From Candidatus Dormiibacterota bacterium (GTDB lineage: Bacteria; Chloroflexota; Dormibacteria; Dormibacterales; Dormibacteraceae): 64,000 bases of DNA. Position 1 is the first letter of the stretch. Each line of letters begins with the position of its first letter. Below the pieces are notes generated by a model. It worked only from the letters and a program-made list of their open reading frames with translations, did no database searches and was not told where the DNA came from. This document shows, piece after piece, positions 1-8,848 of the stretch. The translations under genes and the position numbers were made by a program. Location of the stretch: contig DATEGB010000006.1 of assembly GCA_035280365.1 (NCBI GenBank), positions 218 through 64,217 on the forward strand, given 5' to 3'.

Positions 1-1
1 G

Positions 2-1708
2 ATCATGGACAGCAACGACCTGGAGCGCGAGAAAGGGATCACGATCCTTGCCAAGAACACCTCGATCCGGCACGGCGACGTGACCATCAACATCATCGAC
101 ACGCCGGGGCACGCCGACTTCGGCGGCGAGGTCGAGCGTGTGCTCAACATGGCCGACGGCTGCCTGCTGCTTGTGGACGCCGCCGAAGGGCCGATGCCAC
201 AGACGCGCTTTGTACTGCGCAAGGCATTCGAGGTCGGCCTGCGGATCGTGATCGTGATCAACAAGGTCGACCGCGCCAATGCCGATCCGAACGGGACGCT
301 CGACAGGGTGCACGACCTGCTGCTCGAGCTCGCCGAGGACGCGGACCAGCTGGAGGCGCCGGTCGTCTACGCCATCGCCAAGCAGGGGCGCGCGGGTCTG
401 ACCCCTGACGCCCTCGGGCCGGACCTGCAACCGCTCTTCGACATGATCCTCGAGCACGTGCCCGCGCCGGTCGTCCAGGAGGGCGGTTTCCAGATGCTCG
501 TCGCCAACCGCGCCCACGACGACTACACGGGCACGATGGCGATCGGCCGCATCACGCGCGGCACAGTCCGGCCCGGCGACGTGGTCGCAGTGCTCGGCGC
601 CGGCGGCGGCGCCCGGCGCGTGCGCATCGTCCAGGCGATGCTGTACCGCGGCCTGGAGAGGGTTGCCGTGGACGCCGCGTCGGCGGGCGACATCGTCCTT
701 CTGACCGGCCTGGAGGACGTGGCCATCGGCGACACGCTCGCGGACCCCGAGTCGCCGGAAACGCTGCCCCGGATCGAGATCGACGAGCCGACTGTGCGCA
801 TGACCTTCGGCGTCAACACGTCGCCGTTCGCCGGCCGCGAGGGCAGGTTCTCGACCACGCGCCAGCTGCGAGCGCGCCTGTACAAGGAGCTCGACACCAA
901 CCTCGGCCTGCACGTCGAGGACACCGCCCAGGCCGAGCGGTTCCTGGTCAGCGGCCGGGGGGAGCTGCACCTGGCGGTGCTCATCGAGACGATGCGCCGC
1001 GAGGGCTATGAGTTCGAGGTCTCGCGGCCGGAGGCGATCGTCAAGATCGTCGACGGCCGGCGCTTGGAGCCGGTGGAGCGCCTGACCGTCGACGTCCGCG
1101 AGGTGCACCTCGGCGCGGTGACGGAGGCGCTGGGTCGGCGACGCGGCGAGATGATCGAGATCGTCTACGACCACAAGGGCGGGGTGCGCCTCGAGTACCT
1201 CATCCCGACGCGTGGGCTGATCGGGTTCCGCAACGCCTTCCTGACCTTGACTTCAGGTGAGGGCCTGATGGGGTCGATCAGCATCGGCCACCGGCCCTGG
1301 ATGGGCGAGTTTCGCGAGCAGCGCGACGGCGCGTTGACCGCATCGTCGCCGGGGACGTCGCTGACCTATGGCCTGGCCGGGGCGCAGGAGCGTGGCATCA
1401 CGTTCATCGAGCCGGGCACCGAGGTCTACGAGGGCATGATCGTCGGCTTGCAGAAGCGGCCGGGCGACATCCGGGTCAACGTGTGCAGGGAGAAGAAGAA
1501 GACCAACGTGCGGTCGGAGACGGCGGACATCGCGGTGCGGCTGACGCCGGCATCGAGGCTGAGCCTGGAGCAGTCGCTGGACTTCCTCGCCGACGATGAG
1601 CTGCTCGAGGTGACGCCGAAGCACCTGCGCCTGCGCAAGCGACACCTGACCGAGGTGGAGCAGTCCCGAGCCCGGAAGGCGGCGGAGGCCGCCGGAATAG
1701 GTTCCTAG
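2..1708 (+). CDS. typA: Translational GTPase TypA/BipA (5' end cut by window edge)
   Basis: The ORF is open to the window edge. G-domain motifs [14 protein letters not shown] and NKVDR are present. The EF-G-like domain order and basic C-terminal tail are typical of TypA/BipA. Confidence 0.95.
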   Translation: MMDSNDLEREKGITILAKNTSIRHGDVTINIIDTPGHADFGGEVERVLNMADGCLLLVDAAEGPMPQTRFVLRKAFEVGLRIVIVINKVDRANADPNGTLDRVHDLLLELAEDADQLEAPVVYAIAKQGRAGLTPDALGPDLQPLFDMILEHVPAPVVQEGGFQMLVANRAHDDYTGTMAIGRITRGTVRPGDVVAVLGAGGGARRVRIVQAMLYRGLERVAVDAASAGDIVLLTGLEDVAIGDTLADPESPETLPRIEIDEPTVRMTFGVNTSPFAGREGRFSTTRQLRARLYKELDTNLGLHVEDTAQAERFLVSGRGELHLAVLIETMRREGYEFEVSRPEAIVKIVDGRRLEPVERLTVDVREVHLGAVTEALGRRRGEMIEIVYDHKGGVRLEYLIPTRGLIGFRNAFLTLTSGEGLMGSISIGHRPWMGEFREQRDGALTASSPGTSLTYGLAGAQERGITFIEPGTEVYEGMIVGLQKRPGDIRVNVCREKKKTNVRSETADIAVRLTPASRLSLEQSLDFLADDELLEVTPKHLRLRKRHLTEVEQSRARKAAEAAGIGS

Positions 1709-1714
1709 AGTTCT

Positions 1715-1723
1715 GGGTATACT
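1715..1723 (+). promoter_or_regulatory. Candidate -10 region (GGGTATACT) for csp
   Basis: An A/T-rich TATACT hexamer in a ~70% GC background lies 107 nt upstream of the csp ATG. A long 5' UTR is usual for cold-shock genes. No convincing -35 was found. The same 12-mer TGGGTATACTCA occurs upstream of tRNA-Leu(CAG). Confidence 0.35.
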
Positions 1724-1829
1724 CATTTCAGCCGGCGAAGCGTTCGGCTCTCACAGTGGGCTGCGATCCTTTCTCGAACGGGCCTAGCTAGTTGAGTTAG
1801 ACCCGCCGTTCGAGAGATAGGAGATCGAT

Positions 1830-2027
1830 ATGCCACAGGGCACGATCAAAAAGCTGGTTTCGGACCGCGGCTTTGGTTTCATCAAGGCCGAGGACGGACA
1901 GGAGTACTTCTTCCACCGGAGTGGCACCGAGGGTGACTTCGACAGCCTCCAGGGTGGCGAGAAGGTGACGTTCGAGGTGGAGTCGAGCCCGAAGGGCCCG
2001 CGCGCCAAGACCGTCCGCGTCGCGTAA
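1830..2027 (+). CDS. csp: Cold-shock protein (CspA family)
   Basis: 65 aa with RNP1-like RGFGFI and RNP2-like EYFFH motifs. An AGGAG Shine-Dalgarno sits 7 nt upstream of the ATG, and an intrinsic terminator follows. Confidence 0.95.
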   Translation: MPQGTIKKLVSDRGFGFIKAEDGQEYFFHRSGTEGDFDSLQGGEKVTFEVESSPKGPRAKTVRVA

Positions 2028-2044
2028 GTTCCTGAACCAGGCAA

Positions 2045-2075
2045 GGCCCGGGCTTCGGCCCGGGCCTTTTTCTTT
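2045..2075 (+). terminator. Rho-independent terminator after csp
   Basis: Perfect 9-bp stem GGCCCGGGC / GCCCGGGCC with a TTCG loop, followed by TTTTTCTTT, 17 nt after the csp stop. Confidence 0.85.
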
Positions 2076-2204
2076 ATCCGCCGAGTTAGGCGAACAGGGC
2101 GTACATGCAGCCGATGAAGGTCGCATTGACGATCTGCTGGTCCATCAGCCGATCACGTCATGGCAGGATGGAGCCGGGTGGTGGGCCCCCATCCTGAGTC
2201 CCGG

Positions 2205-3392
2205 TTAGCTCGGTGAGATCTGCTTGACGGCCGTGAAGCCGCCCCTGCCGTCCATCTGCACGATCCAGATTGTCTGCCTGACGTCGTGGTCGGAATTGAA
2301 ACGCAGCGGTCCAAGCGGGCTCTGGATGTTCCCGCTTTCCATCGCCGCACGCAGCCGCTCGCGGTCGCGCGCCACGTCGGTGAAGGTCAGGTTCGCGCGA
2401 GCAGCAGCGTCGGCGAGGAGCTCGATGGCGGTGAAGCTCTGCGCCGCGACCTGGTCTGGGTCCTTGAGGTAGGCCGTCCTGTAGCCGTCGACGAAGATCT
2501 GGTTCCGCGCGGACGCGATCCCGAGGTACCAGGCGCTTGCGCTCCGCGCGCCCCTGCCGGCGGCCCCCGCCAGCTTGGCGATGGCCGGGTTGTTCAACCC
2601 GTCGCCACCGAGGAACTGCCCCTGGTAACCGAAGTTCCGGGCGTCGACCATGATCCGCGCCGAGACCGCGCCCGGAGTGGCAATGAAGATCACGTCGGGC
2701 TTGAGTTGCACGGCCTGCGTGACGAGCGGAGCGGGGTCGGCCACGTTCCGGCTCATGGGGATGGTCTTGAGCAGGCGGATCTTGTACAGGCCGAAGGTCG
2801 CCACCGCGAGCTTGCCGTCGTCGCTTGACAACCGCTCGTCTTCAGCCACCAACAGCACGGCGGTCCCTGGATGCGCGTCGTCGACATACGTTTTGATGTT
2901 CGCGGGGATCGCGGTCTGCTCGCCGAGGCTGTCGCGGAAGACGTACTTGCAGGGTGTCGTGTCGGGATATGCGCAGTCGGGCACGATGTGGCTGCCAGGC
3001 GTGCTCACCGCGATGATCGGGGTCTTCAGGCTTTCCGCAAGCGGAAATACGTCTGTGGCCGAGTTGGCAAGCGTGGGACCAAGCAGTGCCAGCACCTGGA
3101 TTTGCTGAGCCAGGGACTTCGCCTTCTGCGCGGACTGCTCCTTGTCCGACGCATCGTCCTCGACCGACAGCTCGACCTGCGCGCCGTCCACGCCACCGGA
3201 GGCGTTGAGCTGCTTGACGGCGAGCAGCATGCCGTCGCGGCTCTGCGTCCCGACAGCCGCGCCGGCGCCGGTGAGCGAAAGTACCGCGCCGAGCCTGATC
3301 GTCTTGCCGCCGTACGAGTTGTTGCCTCCGTGGCCGGATTCGCACGCCGCGATGAGCAGCGCCGCGCTCAGGCCGCAGGCCAGTCGACCCAC
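2205..3392 (-). CDS. ABC-transporter substrate-binding lipoprotein, Leu/Ile/Val-binding (LivJ-like, type 1 periplasmic binding fold)
   Basis: The lipobox LIAAC follows a signal peptide. GKTIRLGAVLSLTGAGAAVG and the overall pattern fit the branched-chain amino-acid binding family. No permease or ATPase partner is nearby. Confidence 0.85.
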   Translation of the reverse strand: MGRLACGLSAALLIAACESGHGGNNSYGGKTIRLGAVLSLTGAGAAVGTQSRDGMLLAVKQLNASGGVDGAQVELSVEDDASDKEQSAQKAKSLAQQIQVLALLGPTLANSATDVFPLAESLKTPIIAVSTPGSHIVPDCAYPDTTPCKYVFRDSLGEQTAIPANIKTYVDDAHPGTAVLLVAEDERLSSDDGKLAVATFGLYKIRLLKTIPMSRNVADPAPLVTQAVQLKPDVIFIATPGAVSARIMVDARNFGYQGQFLGGDGLNNPAIAKLAGAAGRGARSASAWYLGIASARNQIFVDGYRTAYLKDPDQVAAQSFTAIELLADAAARANLTFTDVARDRERLRAAMESGNIQSPLGPLRFNSDHDVRQTIWIVQMDGRGGFTAVKQISPS

Positions 3393-3403
3393 GGCGGCGA
3401 AGA

Positions 3404-4351
3404 TTACTTCAGCTCGACAGGTACGACGTCGAGCTTGAGCAGCTGGTCGCCACGCAGGACGGTCAGCGCGATCTTGGCTCCGATCTGCGCTTCGACCATC
3501 AGCCGCTGCAGGTCGCCCGCCTTGCTGACGCCGACCTCGCCGACCGAGACGATCACGTCGCCGCCGCGCAGCGTGCCGCCCGCGGCCGGGCTGCCGGCCA
3601 CCACCTCATGAACCTCGACGCCGGCCTTGCGCCCGAGCCGCTCCGCCACCGGCGGTGGAAGCGGCCTGGTGCCGCCCGCGATGCCGAGGTAGGCGCGCCG
3701 GACGCGGCCGTTGCGCATCAGCGCGGAGAGGATCGCCTGCGTCGTCGAGTTCATCGGCACGGCGAGGCCGAGGCCCATGCCGGCGACCGCGGTGTTGACG
3801 CCGATGAGGTGCGCATTGGAGTCGGCCAGGGCGCCGCCCGAATTGCCCGGGTTCAGCGCGGCGTCGGTCTGGATCACGTCCTCGACAAAGCGCCGATGCC
3901 CGTTGCCGTCCGCGGTCGCCAGCGAGCGGCCTAACCCGCTGACGACCCCGGACGTGACGGACCCCGAAAAGCCCATCGGGTTGCCGATGGCGACGACCAG
4001 CTGGCCGACACGCAACTGGTCGGCGTTGCCGATCGGCACCGGGCGGAGCTCGCCGGAGCGGGCGCGCACGATCGCGAGGTCGGAAAGGGGGTCGGCGCCG
4101 ATGACGTCAACGTCGTGCTCGGTGCCGTCGATGAACGATGCGCTGGCCGTGCCGCCCGCCGCGACGACGTGGGCCGAGGTGACGAGAAAGCCGTCCGGGG
4201 TGATGACGACTGCCGAGCCGGCCCCACCGAAACCGCGTCCGCCGCGCCCGATGCGCAGACTGGCGACCGACGGAAGGACCTTCTCCGCGACGGAGGTCAC
4301 GATCGTCGAGTAGGCGTCTAAGGCCTGCTGCTCGGTGGTCGCCTCGACCAT
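3404..4351 (-). CDS. HtrA/DegP-like trypsin-type serine protease with C-terminal PDZ domain
   Basis: The catalytic triad contexts TSAHVV, DLAIV and GNSGGAL are present, with a PDZ-like C-terminus. The track ORF 3404..5041 was trimmed to ATG 4351 (MVEATTEQQ) because the upstream part is Arg/Pro-rich and overlaps the next gene. Confidence 0.9.
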   Translation of the reverse strand: MVEATTEQQALDAYSTIVTSVAEKVLPSVASLRIGRGGRGFGGAGSAVVITPDGFLVTSAHVVAAGGTASASFIDGTEHDVDVIGADPLSDLAIVRARSGELRPVPIGNADQLRVGQLVVAIGNPMGFSGSVTSGVVSGLGRSLATADGNGHRRFVEDVIQTDAALNPGNSGGALADSNAHLIGVNTAVAGMGLGLAVPMNSTTQAILSALMRNGRVRRAYLGIAGGTRPLPPPVAERLGRKAGVEVHEVVAGSPAAGGTLRGGDVIVSVGEVGVSKAGDLQRLMVEAQIGAKIALTVLRGDQLLKLDVVPVELK

Positions 4352-4383
4352 GGTGCTTACAAGATTACCAAGTAACAGCGAGC

Positions 4384-5694
4384 CTAAACCTGGCCGGCCT
4401 TGGAGGCCTTCTCGTGGAGGGCTTTGAACTCGCGGTCGAACTCCGCGATGATCCGCTCGGGGTCCGGCACCAGCCCGGCGTCGGTGGCCACGCCCAGCCT
4501 CACGCCGCCCGCGTAGCTGAGGATGCTGATCCCCAGGCCCAGGCGGCCGGACTGCGGCACCCAGAACATGACGGTGTCGAGCTTGCGGCCGGCGAGGTAG
4601 AGCGGCTCGCGTGGCCCGGGCACGTTCGTCAGCACGGCCGACGCCTTGCTGCCGAAGAATCGCAGCCCGAGTTTTTCGACCTCGACCGGGGTGAGGCCCA
4701 TGACGTTCAGCATCGCGTAGGCGACCACGGCCTCGGGCGACCGCTTCAGCTGGTCCATCTCCTTCTTGACCGCCCGCAACCGGCGCACCGGGTCGGCGAT
4801 GCCGATCGGGAGGGTGAGAAAGACAAGACCGAAAGAGTTGCCGAGCTTGTGCGCCTGGTCGAGCGGTCGCAGGTTCACCGGCACCGAAGCGCGGATGGCG
4901 ACGCCGGTCACCTTCTCGCCGCGTTTGTCGAGGTAGCGGCGCAGCGCGCCGGTCGCGGTCGTGACCAGCACGTCGTTGACGGTCGCGCCGAAAGCCTTGC
5001 CGATGGCCTTGAACCCGTCCAGCGGAATGGGGTCCGACCACGCTGCGCGTTTACGCCTGCCGAGCTTGCCCTTGAAAGCCGTCGGCGGGTCGGGTGGAAG
5101 GAGGACGAGGCGGCCCAGCCGGTAGGCGCCTTCTGCGATGCGGGCGGGGTCGTCGAGCAGCTTCACCGCGCCGGCCAGCCAGCCGAGCGGTGCCGCGCCG
5201 TCGGAGCGGTGCGACCGCTTCGCGCGAGGGCGGGCGGTCGCCGTGGGCGACGTGTCGGTGAGGGACAGCATCACCTGGACCAGGGCGATGCCGTCGGCGA
5301 TGCTGTGGTGAATCCGCGCGAGGACCACCGATCCGCGCTCGTGGCCGTCGATGAGGTGGACGTGCCACAGCGGTTTGGTCATGTCGAGAGGCGAGCTCAT
5401 GAGCTCGCTGACGAGCTCGCGCAGCGCCCTCTCGCCGCCGGGCGCGGGCAGCGCGACGTGGCTCACATGGTTCGCGACCTCGAACTCCTCGTCGTCCTCC
5501 CAGTGCGGCAGGTTGCCGCGGGACCGCGGCCGCACTACCTTTTGATGAAACCGGTGGAAGGGCGCGAGGCGCTTGTCGAGCAGCGTCCGAAGTCGCCTGG
5601 GATCGACCTTGCCCTCCAGGACCATGACGCCGGTGACCATCATCAGGTTGGTCGGGTCTTCCATGCCCAACCACGCCGCGTCGACGCTCGACAT
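4384..5694 (-). CDS. Wax ester synthase/diacylglycerol acyltransferase (WS/DGAT)
   Basis: Active-site motif HHSIADG and the N-terminus MSSVDAAWLGMEDPTN are typical of WS/DGAT. The ORF was trimmed to ATG 5694. Confidence 0.9.
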   Translation of the reverse strand: MSSVDAAWLGMEDPTNLMMVTGVMVLEGKVDPRRLRTLLDKRLAPFHRFHQKVVRPRSRGNLPHWEDDEEFEVANHVSHVALPAPGGERALRELVSELMSSPLDMTKPLWHVHLIDGHERGSVVLARIHHSIADGIALVQVMLSLTDTSPTATARPRAKRSHRSDGAAPLGWLAGAVKLLDDPARIAEGAYRLGRLVLLPPDPPTAFKGKLGRRKRAAWSDPIPLDGFKAIGKAFGATVNDVLVTTATGALRRYLDKRGEKVTGVAIRASVPVNLRPLDQAHKLGNSFGLVFLTLPIGIADPVRRLRAVKKEMDQLKRSPEAVVAYAMLNVMGLTPVEVEKLGLRFFGSKASAVLTNVPGPREPLYLAGRKLDTVMFWVPQSGRLGLGISILSYAGGVRLGVATDAGLVPDPERIIAEFDREFKALHEKASKAGQV

Positions 5695-5741
5695 CGCGAC
5701 CTGCCTCGGCACCGTCGGCGTGATCCTACGCGCGCCCCGAG

Positions 5742-6764
5742 CTAAGCGCGATAGACCGAGATCTCCGTGGCCTTCACGGAGGCCCAGACCTCCGCGCCTG
5801 CGTCGAGCTTGAGCTCGCGCACGGCGGAGGGCGTGACCTCGGCCACGAGCGGCACTTCGCCGCCAAGACGCACGCGCACGCGCTCGCCGTGGAGGTCGAG
5901 GTCCACGGCCCGCGCGCGCCAGACGTTGCGCGGCGTCCCCTTGGGCCTGGTCGTGTAGAGCGCGACGGCGCGCGGATGGATGACGGCGAAGACGTCGCCT
6001 TCGCCGGCGTCCGGCGCGGCGAGGACCGCGCCGCCGGCGAGCTCGACGTGATCGTGGTGCGCCTTGCCCCGCAGCAGGTTCGTGCCTGCGAGGTCGGCGA
6101 CGAATTTCGAACGCGGCCTCGCCGCGACCTCGGCCGGAGCACCGCTCTGGGTGGTCTTGCCGTTCTCGAGCACGACCAGGCGGTCGGCCAGGGCCATCGC
6201 CTCGAGGGGGTCGTGGGTGACGATCAGGCGTACGCCGCCGAAACTTCCGAGTTCGTGCGAGAGGTGGCGACGCACCTCCGCCCGAACGGTCACGTCGAGC
6301 GCTGCGAGTGGTTCGTCGAGAAGCAGCATCTTCGGTCTTGTCGCCAGCGTGCGGAGCAGCGACACGCGCTGCGCCTGGCCGCCGGACAGCTCGCTGGGCA
6401 TGGCGGTTGCCTTGTCCGCGAGCCCAGCGCGGTCGAGCCACTCGCGCGCGACCTCACTGTTCGTGCCGAAAGCAATGTTCTGCAGAACAGTCATATGCGG
6501 AAAGAGGACGTGGTCCTGGAACACGAGCCCGACTCCGCGACGTTCGGTCGGAACGTGGACTCCGGTCGCCGAATCGTCGAGCACGCGACCGTCCAGCTCG
6601 ACGTGTCCATCGATCGGGATCAGTCCGGCGAGTGCGCGCAGAAGGGTGGTCTTGCCGGCTCCATTCGGGCCGAGGACGGCGACGGTCTCGCCCTGCTCGA
6701 CGTTAAGTTCCATGTCCAGCGCGAATCCATTGCGCGCGACCTTGACCCGCGCGCGCAGGCTCAC
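5742..6764 (-). CDS. modC: Molybdate ABC transporter ATP-binding protein with C-terminal TOBE domain
   Basis: Walker A GPNGAGKT, signature LSGGQ, Walker B LLLDEP, and a TOBE-like C-terminus. The GTG start overlaps the modB stop (GTGA). Confidence 0.9.
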   Translation of the reverse strand: MSLRARVKVARNGFALDMELNVEQGETVAVLGPNGAGKTTLLRALAGLIPIDGHVELDGRVLDDSATGVHVPTERRGVGLVFQDHVLFPHMTVLQNIAFGTNSEVAREWLDRAGLADKATAMPSELSGGQAQRVSLLRTLATRPKMLLLDEPLAALDVTVRAEVRRHLSHELGSFGGVRLIVTHDPLEAMALADRLVVLENGKTTQSGAPAEVAARPRSKFVADLAGTNLLRGKAHHDHVELAGGAVLAAPDAGEGDVFAVIHPRAVALYTTRPKGTPRNVWRARAVDLDLHGERVRVRLGGEVPLVAEVTPSAVRELKLDAGAEVWASVKATEISVYRA

Positions 6765-7546
6765 GGCGCGCCGAGCCAGCGGTCGCGCAGGCCGACGAGG
6801 ACAGCGAGCGAGACCGCGAGGAGGATGAGGCTGAGCGCGATCGCGCCCTCGGGCCTCGTCTCGTTGGTGACGTAGACGGCGAGGGGGACGGTCTGTGTCG
6901 TGCCGGGGAGGTTGCCGGCAAACGTGATGGTCGCGCCAAACTCGCCGAGGGCGCGAGCCCAGCAGAGCACGGCGCCGGAGAAGATCGCGGGCCGAAGCAA
7001 CGGGAGCGTGACGCGGAGGAACACCTTCCACGCGCCGGCGCCGAGGGCGCGCGCCGCCTCTTCGTAACGGTGGTCGAGCGCACGCAGGCCACCCTCGACC
7101 GCGATGACGAGGAAGGGCATGGCGACGAAGGTCTCGGCGACGACCGCGGCCGCCGTGGTGAAGGGGACCTGGACGCCGAAGACCGCGTAGAGGGGCGCGC
7201 CGGCAAGGCCTCGCCGACCGAACGCGATCAGGAGCGCGACTCCACCGACTACCGGCGGCAGCACCATGGGCAGCGTCGTGAGCGCGCGCAGCACCGCGCG
7301 CAGTGTGCCGCTCGTGCGTGAGAGCAGCAGGGCGAGAGGGATGCCGAGGACGAGGGCTGCGGCGGTCGCGGTCAGCGAGCAGAAGATCGATAGCTCGAGC
7401 GCGGTCAGCGTTGCGGGGGCGACCAGGGCTGGGCCGACCTGGTCCCAGGGCGCGCGCGCGACGAGGCCGGCGAGGGGGAGGAGGAAAAGGAGCAGTCCCG
7501 CGGCCGCCAGGGCGAGGAGCGGCCCGGGGACCCGGGCTTGGGTCAC
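6761..7546 (-). CDS. modB: Molybdate ABC transporter permease
   Basis: A multi-TM protein with the CysT/ModB-type permease pattern, positioned between modA and modC. Its start overlaps the modA stop (GTGA). Confidence 0.9.
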   Translation of the reverse strand: MTQARVPGPLLALAAAGLLLFLLPLAGLVARAPWDQVGPALVAPATLTALELSIFCSLTATAAALVLGIPLALLLSRTSGTLRAVLRALTTLPMVLPPVVGGVALLIAFGRRGLAGAPLYAVFGVQVPFTTAAAVVAETFVAMPFLVIAVEGGLRALDHRYEEAARALGAGAWKVFLRVTLPLLRPAIFSGAVLCWARALGEFGATITFAGNLPGTTQTVPLAVYVTNETRPEGAIALSLILLAVSLAVLVGLRDRWLGAP

Positions 7547-8265
7547 GCCCTCCCGAACCCCGATTCGGTCAGGATGGCTTGCCCCTTCGCGGAAAGCACC
7601 AGGTCGATGAATTCGCGCGCCACCGGGCGATCACTCAGGTTGCCGATCAGGTAGTCGGCGACCACGTTCTGGCTGTCAGGGATCTGGACGCCGTCGACCT
7701 TGCCGCTGCTCGTCACGTCGCTGGCGTAAACGATTCCAGCGTCTGCTTCGCCTAGGGCGACCTTGGTCAAGACGGCAGTCACTTGAAGCTCCAGGCTCGC
7801 GGGCCTCACCTTGACGCCGGCCTTCGCCAGCGCCTGATCCGCGTACTTTCCCGCGGGCACGGATGGATCTGCCAGCACGACCACAAGGCCCGCTCGCGCG
7901 AGGTCGGCAAGGCCGTGAATACCCTTGGGATTGCCCCTGGCGACGGCGATCTCGAGCCTGTTGTGAGCGAACACCTGGGGCGGGCTCGCCAGCAGTCCGG
8001 TGTCCTCGATCGTCTTCATGTGTGCGCTGTCCGCGGAGGCGAAGACATCAGCTCTTGCGCCCTGGATAAGCGAGGTCGTGAGCGTCTGAGTGCCGGCGTA
8101 GTTGATCCTCGGGGTCGCCTGAATCTGTTGGGCGATGCGGTCGAAGGGAGGCTGAAGCGACGCGGCCGCGAACACCGTGAGTGTTGGCCGGCTGGTCGTG
8201 TCGACGTAGCGCTGACAGGAGACGACACTAATCAATCCGATCAGCGCCGCAGCGGCCCTAATCAC
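7543..8265 (-). CDS. modA: Molybdate-binding periplasmic lipoprotein
   Basis: Lipobox VVSC and the TVFAAASL motif typical of ModA. It is the first transporter gene of the mod cluster. Confidence 0.85.
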   Translation of the reverse strand: MIRAAAALIGLISVVSCQRYVDTTSRPTLTVFAAASLQPPFDRIAQQIQATPRINYAGTQTLTTSLIQGARADVFASADSAHMKTIEDTGLLASPPQVFAHNRLEIAVARGNPKGIHGLADLARAGLVVVLADPSVPAGKYADQALAKAGVKVRPASLELQVTAVLTKVALGEADAGIVYASDVTSSGKVDGVQIPDSQNVVADYLIGNLSDRPVAREFIDLVLSAKGQAILTESGFGRA

Positions 8266-8653
8266 GCGGCAGCTCTACCTGCACGTTGGTCGCTTTGACC
8301 ACTGCGACCGCGCGCATTCCCGGTTTGAGGTCGAGGTCATCGACGGCGTCGCGTGTGATGAGCGAGACAAGGCGGTGGGGGCCGGCCTGAATCTCGACCA
8401 GGGCGGCGACTCTGTCCGTGACGACCCGGGTGACAATCCCCGGGAAGCGGTTGCGAGCGGACTGCTTCACGGCGGCTTCGGCTCGGTCCTTGCCGGCCGG
8501 CTTGGCGAGCGCGGCAAGGGACTGGCCGTCGATCAGGCGCTGGCCACCCCTGGTGCGCACGGCGACGAGCCGGCCGTCGTCGACCATCCGCCGGACGGTG
8601 TCGACGCTGACCCCAAGAGTTTTAGCCGCCTGACCCAGGCGATATCCAGGCAT
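8258..8653 (-). CDS. MerR/excisionase-type HTH fused to a TOBE (molybdate-binding) domain; ModE-like regulator
   Basis: The N-terminal LGQAAKTLGVSVDTVRRMVDDG is an HTH. The C-terminal RNRFPGIVTRV...VVKATNVQV is TOBE/Mop-like. It overlaps the modA start by 8 nt. Confidence 0.8.
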   Translation of the reverse strand: MPGYRLGQAAKTLGVSVDTVRRMVDDGRLVAVRTRGGQRLIDGQSLAALAKPAGKDRAEAAVKQSARNRFPGIVTRVVTDRVAALVEIQAGPHRLVSLITRDAVDDLDLKPGMRAVAVVKATNVQVELPRD

Positions 8654-8848
8654 ACGGTCAAGAATCCTAGCAGGCGCAAGTTATCGCCGCAGCTTGCCTG
8701 GGAATTGAGCCGAGCCCTTTGCGGGCCGTCCTTCTCCCGTCGGGTTTGTCAGCAGGCGGAGCGGACGCCCTTGAGGCAGGTATGGGAGTCGACAGCGAGA
8801 TGACCGAGGAAGGGAACCCACGATGAGCGCGGTCGCCAAACCGATCAC

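Noticed and set aside
4352-5041. The long N-terminal extension of the HtrA-like ORF (track ORF 3404..5041).
   Set aside because: The extension overlaps the WS/DGAT gene in another frame and is Arg/Gly/Pro-rich. Protease similarity begins shortly after ATG 4351.
8654-8848. A molybdenum-cofactor riboswitch or ModE operator in the divergent region upstream of the mod cluster.
   Set aside because: I could not recognise the Moco RNA motif or a clear inverted-repeat operator by eye. Only a TAGGAT hexamer 10 nt upstream of the ATG is evident.
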